Assembly (NCBI GenBank): GCA_045837725.1
Contig: JBEWZL010000193.1
Location: 115,119-135,118, forward strand
Direction: 5' to 3'
From: Vermamoeba vermiformis
Lineage: Eukaryota
Length of the DNA: 20,000 bases
Shown: positions 8,658 to 20,000 of the stretch, in pieces
Position numbering within the stretch: position 1 is the first letter of the stretch
How the letters are laid out: the number at the start of each line of letters is the position of its first letter
The notes under the pieces: generated by a model
Seen by the model: only the letters and a program-made list of their open reading frames with translations
Database searches by the model: none
What the model was told of the DNA's origin: nothing
Position numbers and translations under genes: made by a program

Positions 8658-11622
8658 TTAGTAAGTTCTCTTCTTAGGAGGCACTTGAGGCATTTCCTTG
8701 TCGAGCGGTTGATCGTGAACAGATCTGTAGTCAATAGTAACCTTGCCGTTCTCGTCGATCCAAGACAAAGTGTGCTTCATCCAGTTAGCGTCGTCACGCT
8801 CAGAGAAGTCTTCACGGGCATGAGCACCACGACTTTCCTTTCTGTTCTCAGCGCTGTGCATAGTCATGACGGCGTTGAGCATCAAGTTTTGGAGTTCGAG
8901 AGTCTCGATCAAATCGGTGTTCCAAGCCAAAGTGCGATCAGTGACCTTGAGATCGGCTTGTTTCTTGAATGTCTCGTCGATGAGCTTGACACCTTCCTTC
9001 AAGACATCGCCAGTTCTGAACACAGCGCAGTTGTTTTGCATAACCTTTTGCATTTGCAATCTCAATTGAGCGGTGGATGTGTTGCCGTTAGCGTGGAGAG
9101 CCTTGTCGAGTCTGGCAATAGCGTCCTCTCCGGCCTTAGGAGGCAAAGGCTTGTGGGGTTGACCAGGCTTGGAGACCTCACCAACACGCAAAGCGCAAGC
9201 ACGACCGAAGACGACAATGTCCAACAAACTGTTAGCGCCCAATCTGTTAGCACCGTGAACGGAGACGCAAGCGGCTTCACCTGCAGCCATCAAACCAGGA
9301 ACAACGTGATCGGCGTTATCTCCCTAAGCAAAAAAAGCGTTAGCAGGTGCAAGACCTAGGAGCAAAAATAAAAAAGAAAGGGGCGCAACCCGGAATCGAA
9401 CCGGGACCTCCTGCACCCGAAGCAGGAATTCTGCCACTGAACTATTGCGCCTTTGGTTGGACGCCGATTTCGCGAAGAAAGCAGCTCGTCGCTACAAGGT
9501 TCAAAGACCTTACCTTCTTGGTTACGACTTCACCCATGTAGTTAGTGGGAATGCCACCCATATTGTAGTGAACTGTAGGCAATACAGGGATGGGTTGTTT
9601 AGTCACATCGACGTTGGCGAAAATCTTAGCAGTTTCAGAGATACCAGGCAAGCGTTCACTTCAAAGACCATTAGCAACGTTGCTGACAGGAGATAATGAG
9701 TCCTAGTACTTACGCCAAGATCTTAGGATCAATGTGAGTAAGATCCAAGTAGACGTGATCCTTTTCAGGACCGCAACCACGACCCTCTCTGATTTCAATG
9801 GTCATAGATCGAGACACGACGTCACGTGAGGCCAAATCCTTAGCGTTGGGGGCATAACGTTCCATAAATCTTTCACCCTTGTCGTTTCTCAAGATACCTC
9901 CTTCACCACGAGAGCCTTCGGTGATCAAGCAACCAGCTCCGTAGATACCGGTGGGATGGAATTGGACGAATTCCAAGTCTTGAAGGGGCAAACCAGCGCG
10001 AGCAACCATAGCGTTACCGTCACCAGTGCAAGTGTGGGCAGAAGTGGCACTGAAGTAAGCACGACCATAACCCTACAAACAAGGATCAGATCCGCTGATC
10101 TCAAGCATTTCTCAATTTGATTATACTTACACCAGTGGCCAAAATGACGTGGTGGGCTCTGAATCTGTGAATAGAACCGTCTTCGAGGCACATAGCCATA
10201 ACACCACGGCATTCACCGTTCTCCATAATGAGGTCCATAGCGAAGTATTCGACGAAGAAAGTGCAGTTGTATTTCAAGGCTTGACCCATCATAGTGTGCA
10301 AGAGGGCGTGACCAGTACGATCAGCAGCAGCGCAGCAACGAACGGCTTGACCTCCCTTACCGAAGTCCAAGCTTTGACCACCGAAAGCACGTTGGTAAAT
10401 GGTGCCGTCAGCGTTACGGGAGAAAGGCACACCAAAGTGTTCCAATTCAATAACTGTAGCAGGGGCTTCACGGCACATGTATTGAATAGCGTCCTAGTGA
10501 CCAGTCGTATTAGTACTAATACTTTTACGTTACTTCGTGACACGTACTTGATCACCCAACCAATCGCTACCCTTGACAGTGTCATATGCGTGCCAGCGCC
10601 AGTCGTCCTTGCTCATGTTACCCAAAGCGGCATTAATACCACCCTGCCGAGCCCTCATTAGTACCGTGCTATGAACCGTAACAAGTCACATCTAACTGCG
10701 TACCTGAGCGGCGACTGTGTGAGATCTAGTGGGGTACAACTTGGTAATGCAAGCAGTCTTGAAACCTTGTTGAGTGAGACCCAAAGCGGCACGAAGACCA
10801 GCACCACCAGCACCGACAACGACGGCGTCATAAGTGTGATCAATCACGTCGTAGGCACGAGTGAGAGTACCCTAAAAAGGAATGCAATGAGCGATCGATC
10901 CAGAACCTTACTTGACATATTTGTCGGACATTAAATTATTATTAAATATTTGCCAATATTTTCTAAGATTATTTATGGCTTGGTGTGGTTTCGAAAGATA
11001 CCTGAGAAGGGCCAGATTCAACAGGACCATTTGAGACAACCTTTTGAGCAGCACGACTAGTAGTGAAGCATCTAACAGGCTTTTCGTTGATCTATCATAA
11101 TTCAATCTATTAGCTTCTATCGCTTCCGAGTGTTCGACTGATCCGGATACATCCACAAAAATAATTATTGTTGGGCTTCGTATTAGTTTAGAATTATATT
11201 TTAAATAATATATGTATTTTACATGCATTGAATAATAAAAATATAATTGTTTGAGCCTTATTACCTTTGGGATGGCGTTTGTAACAGTTCGCTTGTTGCT
11301 CGTTTGTTGCATACGAGCAGTGAACAAACCATTAACACCACGTGCCACTTGTTGATTAACCTTAAGAGCCTTGGCGGCGTTGTTCTGTTAGAATTATTAC
11401 AGTGAGTTACAGGTCAATCCAGATGAAAAAAATTGAAAATATAATTATCGGACAATAACATCACCAATAATATTATAAAATAACCACAAAATAATCCAAT
11501 AATGTCTATATCATATCAATTATTTTTTGGCCATTGTTTGGAGAGCGCATTCAATAAGCCACAACGGTAACATTATCTTTCGACCAAATAAATACCTTCA
11601 ACAACTGAGCAACTCGTTGCAT
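8658..11622 (-). CDS. SDHA: Mitochondrial succinate dehydrogenase flavoprotein subunit, 677 aa, 9 exons (11622-11596, 11384-11265, 11091-11002, 10871-10704, 10643-10548, 10493-10131, 10072-9714, 9658-9514, 9323-8658)
   Basis: Motifs [32 protein letters not shown] (FAD-binding His), [51 protein letters not shown] and the C-terminal PPKKRTY. The N-terminus is a basic presequence. Confidence 0.98.
9364..9379 (-). terminator. RNA polymerase III oligo-T terminator of the tRNA
   Basis: TTTCTTTTTTATTTTT on the minus strand just 3' of the discriminator base. Confidence 0.8.
9381..9451 (-). tRNA. tRNA-Pro (anticodon CGG), intronless, inside SDHA intron 8
   Basis: Minus strand GGCGCAA-TA-GTTC-AGTGGCA-GAAT-T-CCTGC-TTCGGGT-GCAGG-AGGTC-CCGG-TTCGATT-CCGGG-TTGCGCC-C. 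This gives a perfect 7-bp acceptor stem, A and B boxes, CGG anticodon and C discriminator. Confidence 0.96.
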
Positions 11623-12376
11623 TATTCTAGTTATATAGCCTCGAGTGGTAGTTGAAATTAATAAAAACAAACAAAATAAAATTTATGGTTCTTCGTGCCT
11701 GGCGCAAAATCGCGAGACCCTGCATTGATTGAACAGTCCTGAAGGCCTCAACTACACTTCTATATTCAACAGCCTCAATTTGTCCACTTTCCATATCATG
11801 GGGAACTAGTCTTTCTTAATGCGCGCCTTTTGGTTGAAGTCACGGTGGATCAGGGATCCCAAAGCGAATCTGGAAAGAGATGACCAACGGTTCCATTAAT
11901 ATAGCCTATGAGTGCACCGTAAGTAGCATGCCGACGGAGTTGTGCGACCCAGCGGCACGTGCACTTTATTAGTATTTTGGATTCGCCAATAGCGAACAAC
12001 ACCGGTCTTGGCGGGAAACTCCAAGCCGTTAAAATTATTCTTATACATATATGTATGTACACTTTTGAAGTGGACTGAACACTGCCATGCGTTGATCTGT
12101 TTGGCTGAAATTCATTACAAGCATAATTTGTGATTTTATAGAGCAGGTATGTATCGTTAATAGTACACCATTTGCATTATATAATTCAGATACGCACTCG
12201 TCATATTTAATTATTTGGGATTTTTAAACTGACAATTTCAAATTTCCTAAATATCAAATTTTACTGAGTCTCAAACGGGATTTTACCTTTCATTTTTCGT
12301 GACGAATAATGTATATAAATATTTATTAACGGTACGAAAATTAATCCTGCTTTTTTTAAGTCATTTTACAGATTCG

Positions 12377-13748
12377 ATGTTGCAACACCTTTTGCCGGCG
12401 AACATCAGCGAGATTGACAGGGTAGAGGCTCCCTCTAGTCAACAGCTATTGCAATATATCGAGAACAATACGCCAGTAATAATTACCAACGCAATAAACA
12501 ACTGGAAAGCTCTGAAAAGCTGGGACATCCAGTACCTCAAAAACAAATCCAGCCCAGAAAAACTCGTCAGCGTTTATAACCAGCCAATACGAGGTACAAT
12601 ACCTACTTTAAAAATGCCATATTATTGTTTTACTAATTTGAGTTTAAGGCGCGTTTCCCGATCCACCATATGAAATGAAGTTCCATGATTATTTAGACTA
12701 CTGGCAACAACCAGCCGATGAATCAATAGCAGATATATTTCTAGGAAATTTAGAAGTGAATTCACTCGCGCAAGACCTCGTTGAAGATATTTCACCCTTG
12801 CCACCTTTGGCCGATGAAAAATGTAAGTCTAGATGCGTTCATGATACTCTTCTAATTAAAAAATTGCCTAATACCTCTTAAATACTATACAACGGCATTA
12901 ATATTAGTTATTTGAGCCAAATGAATCGTTTTGGATCCGTATCGTTCTTTAACGAAAAATTCGAATTTTTTTATTTAGCTTGATAGACATTATTTGTTTA
13001 TAAAAAATAACTAATAATCCTTTAAATAGCCAATATAGAGCAAGGAAGAATATGGATTGGTCGTCCTGAACATTACAGTCATCTTCATTACGATGCGCAT
13101 GACGGGCTATTATGTTGCATAACTGGCGTTAAAGAAGTATGGCTCTATGCACCATTGCCTCATATGAACTCCATTAGACAAATGACAAATGGAAAGAACG
13201 CTGCATTAGTTAACCCAATTAATGTGGATCAAGCAAAATTTCCTGAATTCGCTCAAGCCACGCCGATCAAATGTAAAATAGAGTAAGTCAATTATATATA
13301 TATATTATGTATTATTATAGAGGTGTAGCATGAATAGGATGCAATGTAGTTGCATTTCCTTTGGAAATTTCGTTACAAATCGTACCGTACTCACCACTCG
13401 CTTAATTATAGGAAAGGAGAAGTATTGTTGATACCCCAATATTGGTGGCACTTCGTAATATCGCGCGGCCATACAATCGCTGTCAATTTTTGGATCTATC
13501 CGAACATTCAGGCCGCAAGACTCAAATTTACGACGCTGTGGCCGATAACGACGCGACTATTAGCCTATTGGGCCAACAAAATTATGCAAGACTTACATAT
13601 TAACAAGTGGAAGCTGCTGTTGTTGGACAATGTAGTAGTATTGTACAAGAAACTTTTATATCCAGCTGCTGGTGAAGGAGACGAATGGGAGCAATTACAA
13701 CTATCAGCATTGGATACAATACGTGCGTATATTGTAAATAGTTTGTAA
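12377..13748 (+). CDS. JmjC (cupin-8; JMJD5/FIH/HSPBAP1-like) 2-oxoglutarate/Fe(II) hydroxylase, ~326 aa, exons 12377-12593, 12649-12822, 13030-13282, 13412-13748; both ends uncertain
   Basis: NTPVIITNAINNWKALKSW, MKFHDYLD, IWIG...SHLHYDAHDGLLCCITGVKEVWLY, KFPEF and GEVLLIPQYWWHFV...IAVNFW. The HxD...H metal triad is intact and splice phases are consistent. Confidence 0.9.
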
Positions 13749-14277
13749 ATAAGCAATTAAACTAAGAGCGTACGAAGACAATGCCGATTTGACTTGCTGC
13801 AAGCTACTGTCTTCGAGTTGATTTCCGATACATACGAGGCGTCGTCGATCACCAGCCACCCCTTCATTTGCTTGACAATATCACTAAACTATTGTCGACT
13901 TCCAAAGATAGCGCAGCCCATCATCGTGACAAAACACTGTAGCGTCGTTGGAGGCAAACGAAGAAGCAAGGAGTTCTTTTTGAATGTTAGCCCAACAGTG
14001 CGATCATCTTCGAGTTGCCAGCGAAGCTTATGCGCTGTTAATCAGCAGCGTTTTCTTGGTCGAAAATTTTCTGCTTCAGAAGATCACAGTACAATCAACT
14101 CTGGCTCCGCTCTTGACGACCCAAAAACAGGTTATATGGAGCGCGGTTTGGTATAGCAATGAGGCTAGAGTTGACCAACGGAAACTAGAAGAAAGAACGA
14201 GATCCAACTAGAGGATATTTTAAAGTTTGATATTTAGTGAAGTTATATATTTCGCAATGGTATTTATATTATTATTA

Positions 14278-17200
14278 TTATTTGTTCTTCTTCTTCTTTT
14301 GCAAGTGGCTCAACCAATCGCTAGATCCGTTGGAAGAGATCTTAACTTCTTTTTCGCCACGGATGTATCTTGCGTACAACTTGGACACCTTCAGAACCGC
14401 ATTAATACACTTGCTTAACACGGAGTTTCATATAGGTACTTACAGTATTGTAATTATAAGCAATGAAAATGCCAATCAGAGTCAAGGTCACGGCGTAGTA
14501 CGATCCACTAACGACTTCTTCAGCAGCCTAGAAACACATTGTTATTACTCTATATTAAGTATGTAATGTCCATATAGAGCTATATCATAGTGCGTTTAGC
14601 AATTACTTACGAGGTTAGCAGTGGCATCCACGGCCAAGTTAACGCTGATGCGCGAGTTGTTCTCAAAAGCTTCAGCCTTAACATATTGCTCTAAAAAGTA
14701 TCATAGGTTAGTTTTAGAACATTAGGTCTTCTTTAAGTGCATTAATAATAGCTCACTAATTATTCTTCAGAAATTTTGAGGATGCGACAAAAAAAATTGA
14801 ATGCTTACCAGCAGGAGTCAAAATCCAAGCGCTCGACTCAGATGATGATCTAACGCGAATGAAGTAGTCACGGGCTTCAAGACCAGCGAATTCAAAGTAA
14901 GGTTGAGGACCGAGTTGTACTGACTTAACAAGGGTAGTCTTGTCCTCGCCGTAGAGCTCAACTTTCATCAAAGACAATGCAGCAGGTTGGTTAGTCTTAA
15001 CTACACCAGCAATTTCAACTGCAGGGCTCTTTCTGAAGAGAGTGAAGTCGAATCCGGTCACATCCGCTCGTGCAACGGTAACCACACGCGAAGCAGGTGA
15101 AGAACGGTCAACAGAGGCTTGTTTTTTAACACTAACAGTGTATTGCTTGCCAGGAACTATAAGAACTGTTAATACACGCTCCAACAACGTAAGTTTGTAA
15201 AGACTTACGCAATCCTCTCAAGCGGAAGTTGCCATTGTTATCGGTAGTAGTCTCTTCATACGAGGAGCCCTATAATCAAACAATTCAATAAAAATTCGGA
15301 AATTTAGATCGTCTTCTAAATTAGGTAATTCAATTTGATTTTGTGACCGCCGATAAATTGTTCAATTCAATTCAGTATTGTGTGCCACTGAATTTACATA
15401 TCAAAATCTAAATCTAAATTGCCTCAATAGCTTTTATAATTTAGCTTACGTCAGTGCTCTTGGCCTCCACAACGACTTGCTTCTCGCTTTCTTGGTTCAA
15501 AGCCTTAACGCTACCGAAGCAGCTGAAAGCAGTGCGCTTAGCCTTCAGTAAGACTTGGCTCTCAGTTCCTATAATGAAATAATTCAGAAATTGAACCAAC
15601 CGAAGATCACACAATCAGATTCGTGAATCCGCGTTAATTTTGAATTTGAATGTTTGGAGAGAATCAAATATCGTACCTTCGTTAACGGTGACTTCCTTAT
15701 TAGCAGACTCGAACGTGTACTCCTTCAATACAGCCTTCAAGTAGTACTTGCCAGGGAACAGATCTGACCAACAAAGCGGTTAATACAACGTGCGCCATTA
15801 TATTCTTATTATAATAATGCGTACCTTTGAAAACCAACTTTCCATCCTTATCAGTTGGGTTGTTCTTTCTGTAGTCATCACCGCTCAATGAGATCAAGGC
15901 GCCAACAACGGGTTGAGAGTTTTCGTCTTGAACCTTCATGCATATAATTATTAGCCTCTGGCATATACTAATAATTAAACATTATGACGTACAGTAACGG
16001 TAACATAGCCGAGCTTCAATGAAACAAAGCTGCCGGGCTTCTCTTTGCTTTCCTTGAAGTTGAAACCTTCCTTAGCAGCGCGCTATAAAATTAAATATTA
16101 GAATATGTAAATTAAACTCATTTTAAATATTCAACGTACGGTCTTGTAAGCGCGGTCGTCAGGGAGAGGACCCGCGCGGTAAGTACCATCAGCTCCAGTC
16201 TTAATGCCTTCCAAAATAATGTTGGCCTCATTATCAGCATCAACGATAGTGATCTCAACATCAGCGATGGGAGGTGAAATGGATCCGACAAAGAAACTAC
16301 AAAAATTATTAGAAAAAATTGTCAGTGCAAGTAAATTCGAAACGTACAGTCCAGCGCGAGCAATGACCTTAGGCAATAATTGGTAGCACTCTTGAGTTTG
16401 AGCAACTTGAGCGCTGACAGATTGAGGGTAGAAGAACAATCCACCAGAAGTCAAACGGAACTCGACTTGTTGGTTGGCCTTGGCATAGTGAACGTACTCG
16501 TATTTGTACTTGTACTTAGGATCCTTGCTGTCCTCGCCGACATAACGAGCAGTAACAGCTCAAAAGAATAAATGTCAGTCTTCGTGCCGTTGGATCTGGA
16601 TCCGTGTCAACTTACCAGTTTGCTTATCGCCCTCAATAGCCTTAATAGTGATATCGTCGTTCTTCTCAGAAGCGTAGATAGCGCCCTTCAAGCCAAAGGC
16701 AACAGCGTTCATATCAAGTCGTTTGGGCTGAGCAGTGTCGAACTTGTAAGTCTCCTTCTCGAACTTGAAGCACGAGATGGGTTTGACGGAGTAAACGCCA
16801 GGCTTGGTCAAGCACAACTCGTGCGAGCCCTTCTCGAGGCTCTTCTTCTCACGAGGAGTGTTCGAGCCCTCGAGACCCCACTCAACTTCAGCAGGGTGGC
16901 TCAAAGTCAAATCGAGCTCGTAACCCTTTTGCACGAACTCAATGTTGGTGACGTCCTTGCTGCTAACGTCCACTTCAATGACTTCTTTCTCCCAGCACCA
17001 GTTGTCTTGAATGACCTCCAATTGGTATTTGCCAGGCAACACGTCCTTGAAAACAAATTCGGACTTGTCTTCACCAGCTACAAAACATAACGTTAATTAA
17101 TGCAAAAAAACGGCGAGGAATCGTATAACGCGTACCAATAGTAGGGGCTAAACCAGTGGTGACTTGCTCGTTGGATCTGCTAGTGGAGATCAAGGAAACT

Positions 17201-19610
17201 GAAAGAGTGCGAGCGCACGGAACTTCGAGGCACTTAACACGACCGCTGACAGTCAACTTGGCTTGAGAGAAGACCAAGTCGAGGACAGGAGCGTTCTCGA
17301 CGGCAATTTGACGGTCTTGACCGCTGAACCACAAGCCATCGCTGCTTTCAGAGCTCGAAACGTAAGGTGAAACGACGTAACGGCCAGGACCAACTTGGAA
17401 GCAGAACTTGCCAGCAGAATCAGTAGTACTATATATTATGTTATTAATATGATTTCTCACTAATACATACACCTAATGCAATATTTACCTCTTTAGTTGA
17501 GATCCAGATTCGGTCTTCAAAATAACTTGTCTGTTGGATGCAGAGAAAGAAGCGTGGTTGACGGAGACTTTACCGCAAACGTCATACCTACAATACCATT
17601 AGAATATGCTCGTGCAAATAAGTCATTTCTATAACGTACTTAACGGCTCTGATAGCGGGAACTGAACCCAAGTTAGGAGTGATCTTCAAGTTTTGAACAG
17701 GCTCAAAGACGTAATGCTCCTTGGTGACGGCAATGGAATACGTATCAGAAGTGATTTGCTCCAACTTATACGATCTATAATACAAAATTAAATTAGGAAT
17801 GAAAATTAAATGATCTGGATGTGCTACTTACCCATCCTTGTCAGTAATAATGGCCTTATCAGCACTGCTCAATTTGACGGATGCACCAGAGATACCATTG
17901 CCGTTAGAGTCGACAACTCTGCCGACAATAGAGAATCCCTTTACCAAGAAAGGTTCGCTGATCACGACACCTCCGGCGTTGACGACAACCTTGACTTGAG
18001 CAGGAACGACATCAAAAGCGGTTTGGCTTTGTTGGCCACGGTAGTAAGGAACAACGGTGTATTCGCCGCAAGGAATGTTAGCGAAGGAGAACGTGCCTTG
18101 AGCATTAGACTTGACGCTGCAAAGTGCATTGCCAGCACGACCTAAAGTGCACGTTAATCGCATGTAAACATCTATTATTATCGCTAGACTTACCAGCAGG
18201 CTTTTGAGTGACAGGAGGGCACTTAACATCAACAGCTTTGTCGCTGTACAAAATGAAGTCGACATCCGCAACAGGCTCGCCAGAAGCAGTACGCTCCAGG
18301 ACCTTACCGCTAATATCATAGCCTTCAATAATAACGTAAGCAAACAGTGTATTTCAACTATATTAGCAACAAAAGCTTACCTGAAACAGTGATGGCTTCA
18401 GGCACAACAGTATTTTCAAAACCAACGACAGTAGACACAGTTTTCTACCAAAATGTTAATATACTATTCAAAAATTCCTTCATATTCGTAATATGAATAA
18501 TTAAGTGGCGACTAGCATTTTTAGGGTTGAGCGAAGGTGGCTCCGGATCTAGCATACCTTGACGAATGTCCACGAAGAGTGCTCAGCTGAAATTGAGTAT
18601 TTTCCGGGAAAGACGTTCTCGAACTTGTAATTGCCATTGTTAGATAAGACTTGACCGACTTGTTGCTTGGTCTCATCGTTCACCAAAGTCAACTTCACAT
18701 CTGAAGGTCCTTGACCATTAGACTCGCAACGGCTGTCACCAGCGACCTAAGTAGTATAATATTACTATCATGCCTCTCATTGCAAGTATATAGGCTTTGC
18801 AAGGGTATAAATTGGTGATGGTGCGTGTCTTACCTTGCCCGAAAGAGTGAATCCGGTCAACTCAAAATTGATGTTCTCGCCATTATTGCATTGAAAATCG
18901 TCGCTAACTTTAATCGTACGTTGCACAGGCTCTATTATTTTATAAAAAAATTAGAAATTGAGATCAGACAAAGACGTGTCGCATAGATGTGCTAGCCGTA
19001 TTCTAAATTTACTATAAACTCATGGATTATGTTTGAAAGTACGTGAGTTTTAATGAAAATAATAATGTAATATTTCTAAAATTATTGCGAGTCGCGAAAA
19101 GTTTTCTCTGATCTGTTCAGAAATATCAGACGTACCAAAGTGCCATCCATCAGGCTTGTCCGCTTTAATAAGAAAAGTGCCTTTATCGTAGACGGGGAAG
19201 AAATAATAGCCGTTAGGTGTGCACTCAGTGGTGGCCTTGATGTGTCCATCCACAGTCAACAGATTAATTTTGACTGCGGAGTAATCGATAGTGTTTTGTC
19301 CGAGTCTGTATAATATAAATTATCAATACCACGGCAGGTTAAATAAATAGAACCTTCACTAGAATTTGTCAAATAATTTTTGAAAATATCTACAATAATT
19401 ATTACGAAGCAATACGCGTCTGTCTTGCATTACATAATCGCACATACGTCGTAGTGAGATAAAATATTAATAAAATAATTCTTACTTGGCAGCCAATTTG
19501 CTCGACGCTTTGACAAATCCACCACAATCTGCCAAGTCCTCGCAGAGAGCGCAAGAGGCAAGCAGCCAAATGGATATCAGCACGACATATCGTCCACTGA
19601 TGGCCTTCAT
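14278..19610 (-). CDS. NOMO: Nodal modulator (NOMO; BOS complex subunit) homologue, type I ER membrane protein, 22 exons
   Basis: Signal peptide then DCGGFVK; TECTPNGYYFFPVYDKGTFLIK..PDGWHFEP; INFELTGFTLSGKV; repeated Cna-B/transthyretin-like units (PGKY, GKFCF, GTYRAGPL); TM segment GSYYAVTLTLIGIFIAYN; ends KKKNK* (dilysine ER signal). I traced all 21 introns in frame. Confidence 0.93.
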
Positions 19611-19877
19611 TATTTACAAGGAAACCTTTTGTTGTTTACTTGGTTGGTATGGCCTGAGAAAAAAGCTTTGTTGCGCATCTGCCTCCTAAGGAAGGCCACA
19701 CGAGCACCAATCAATATTCTTTAGCTCTTCAGAAAGTGTACCCGAAAAATGTGCGTGAACGGCAAGGGGACCAGGAAAACAAGGCGTAGCATTTCTAGGA
19801 AATACATCCCGAGCCAAGCATAAAAGTGCTGCTAGCCGTTTTTTCTTTCACAATTTTCATATCAAACACTAAGCAAC
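19611..19877. promoter_or_regulatory. Compact divergent (bidirectional) promoter region between NOMO and the SRAP gene
   Basis: 267 nt separate two head-to-head start codons. No individual element was identified. Confidence 0.55.
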
Positions 19878-19955
19878 ATGTGCGGAAGATCAGCTTGTAC
19901 ACTTGCACCCAATGAAGTGGCTGTAATTTTCTCTGTCATGAATTGGAAGGACAAG
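19878..19955 (+). CDS. HMCES: First exon of an SRAP-domain abasic-site processing protein (HMCES-like); the gene continues beyond the window
   Basis: ATG TGC GGA AGA gives MCGRSACTLAPNEVAVIFSVMNWKDK followed by a gtaagt donor. N-terminal MCGR with catalytic Cys2 is the SRAP family signature. Confidence 0.75.
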
Positions 19956-20000
19956 GTAAGTCGATCACGCCCATCTACGAAACGCCACGTCAAATTCAAT

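Noticed and set aside
9347..9541. 64-aa ORF containing [22 protein letters not shown]
   Set aside because: Typical translation of the antisense strand of a tRNA gene.
8685..10934. Long plus-strand ORFs (224 aa, 170 aa, etc.) opposite SDHA
   Set aside because: Antisense shadows caused by strong codon bias in SDHA exons; no recognisable protein.
10872..11001. SDHA intron 3 donor GTATCTTT resembling a U12-type 5' splice site
   Set aside because: One mismatch to GTATCCTT and no TCCTTAAC-like branch site near the acceptor; treated as U2-type.
16572..18145. Plus-strand ORFs of 172 and 111 aa opposite NOMO
   Set aside because: Antisense shadows of NOMO exons.
1..20000. Prokaryotic-type systems (CRISPR, operons, IS elements) or transposase/RT genes
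   Set aside because: No repeat-spacer array or mobile-element ORF seen; the window is explained by spliced eukaryotic genes.

Overview
Gene-dense, intron-rich eukaryotic nuclear DNA with AT-rich introns, mostly 50-200 nt and all GT-AG. The gene content fits an amoebozoan-like protist (inference). Manual splicing gives eight protein genes in order: an F-box+SAM gene (+) with a 1-nt frameshift; an almost intronless RNI-type LRR protein with a C-terminal F-box-like motif (-); a secreted/GPI-anchored protein of unknown family (-); a Frizzled/Smoothened-like GPCR (-); mitochondrial succinate dehydrogenase flavoprotein SDHA (-); a JmjC/cupin hydroxylase (+); a 22-exon NOMO homologue (-); and exon 1 of an SRAP/HMCES gene (+). 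A complete tRNA-Pro(CGG) with its own Pol III terminator sits inside the last SDHA intron. The main unexplained signals are a GC-rich, self-complementary ~140-nt element between two convergent genes (candidate ncRNA or miniature element) next to a TGACAC motif cluster, recurrent non-coding motifs (TTTGACACGTGTCA; ATCCG/GATC), and a possible multi-intron uORF leader with a 5-nt microexon on the JmjC gene. No new system can be established from sequence alone. All structure and enrichment statements are by eye.
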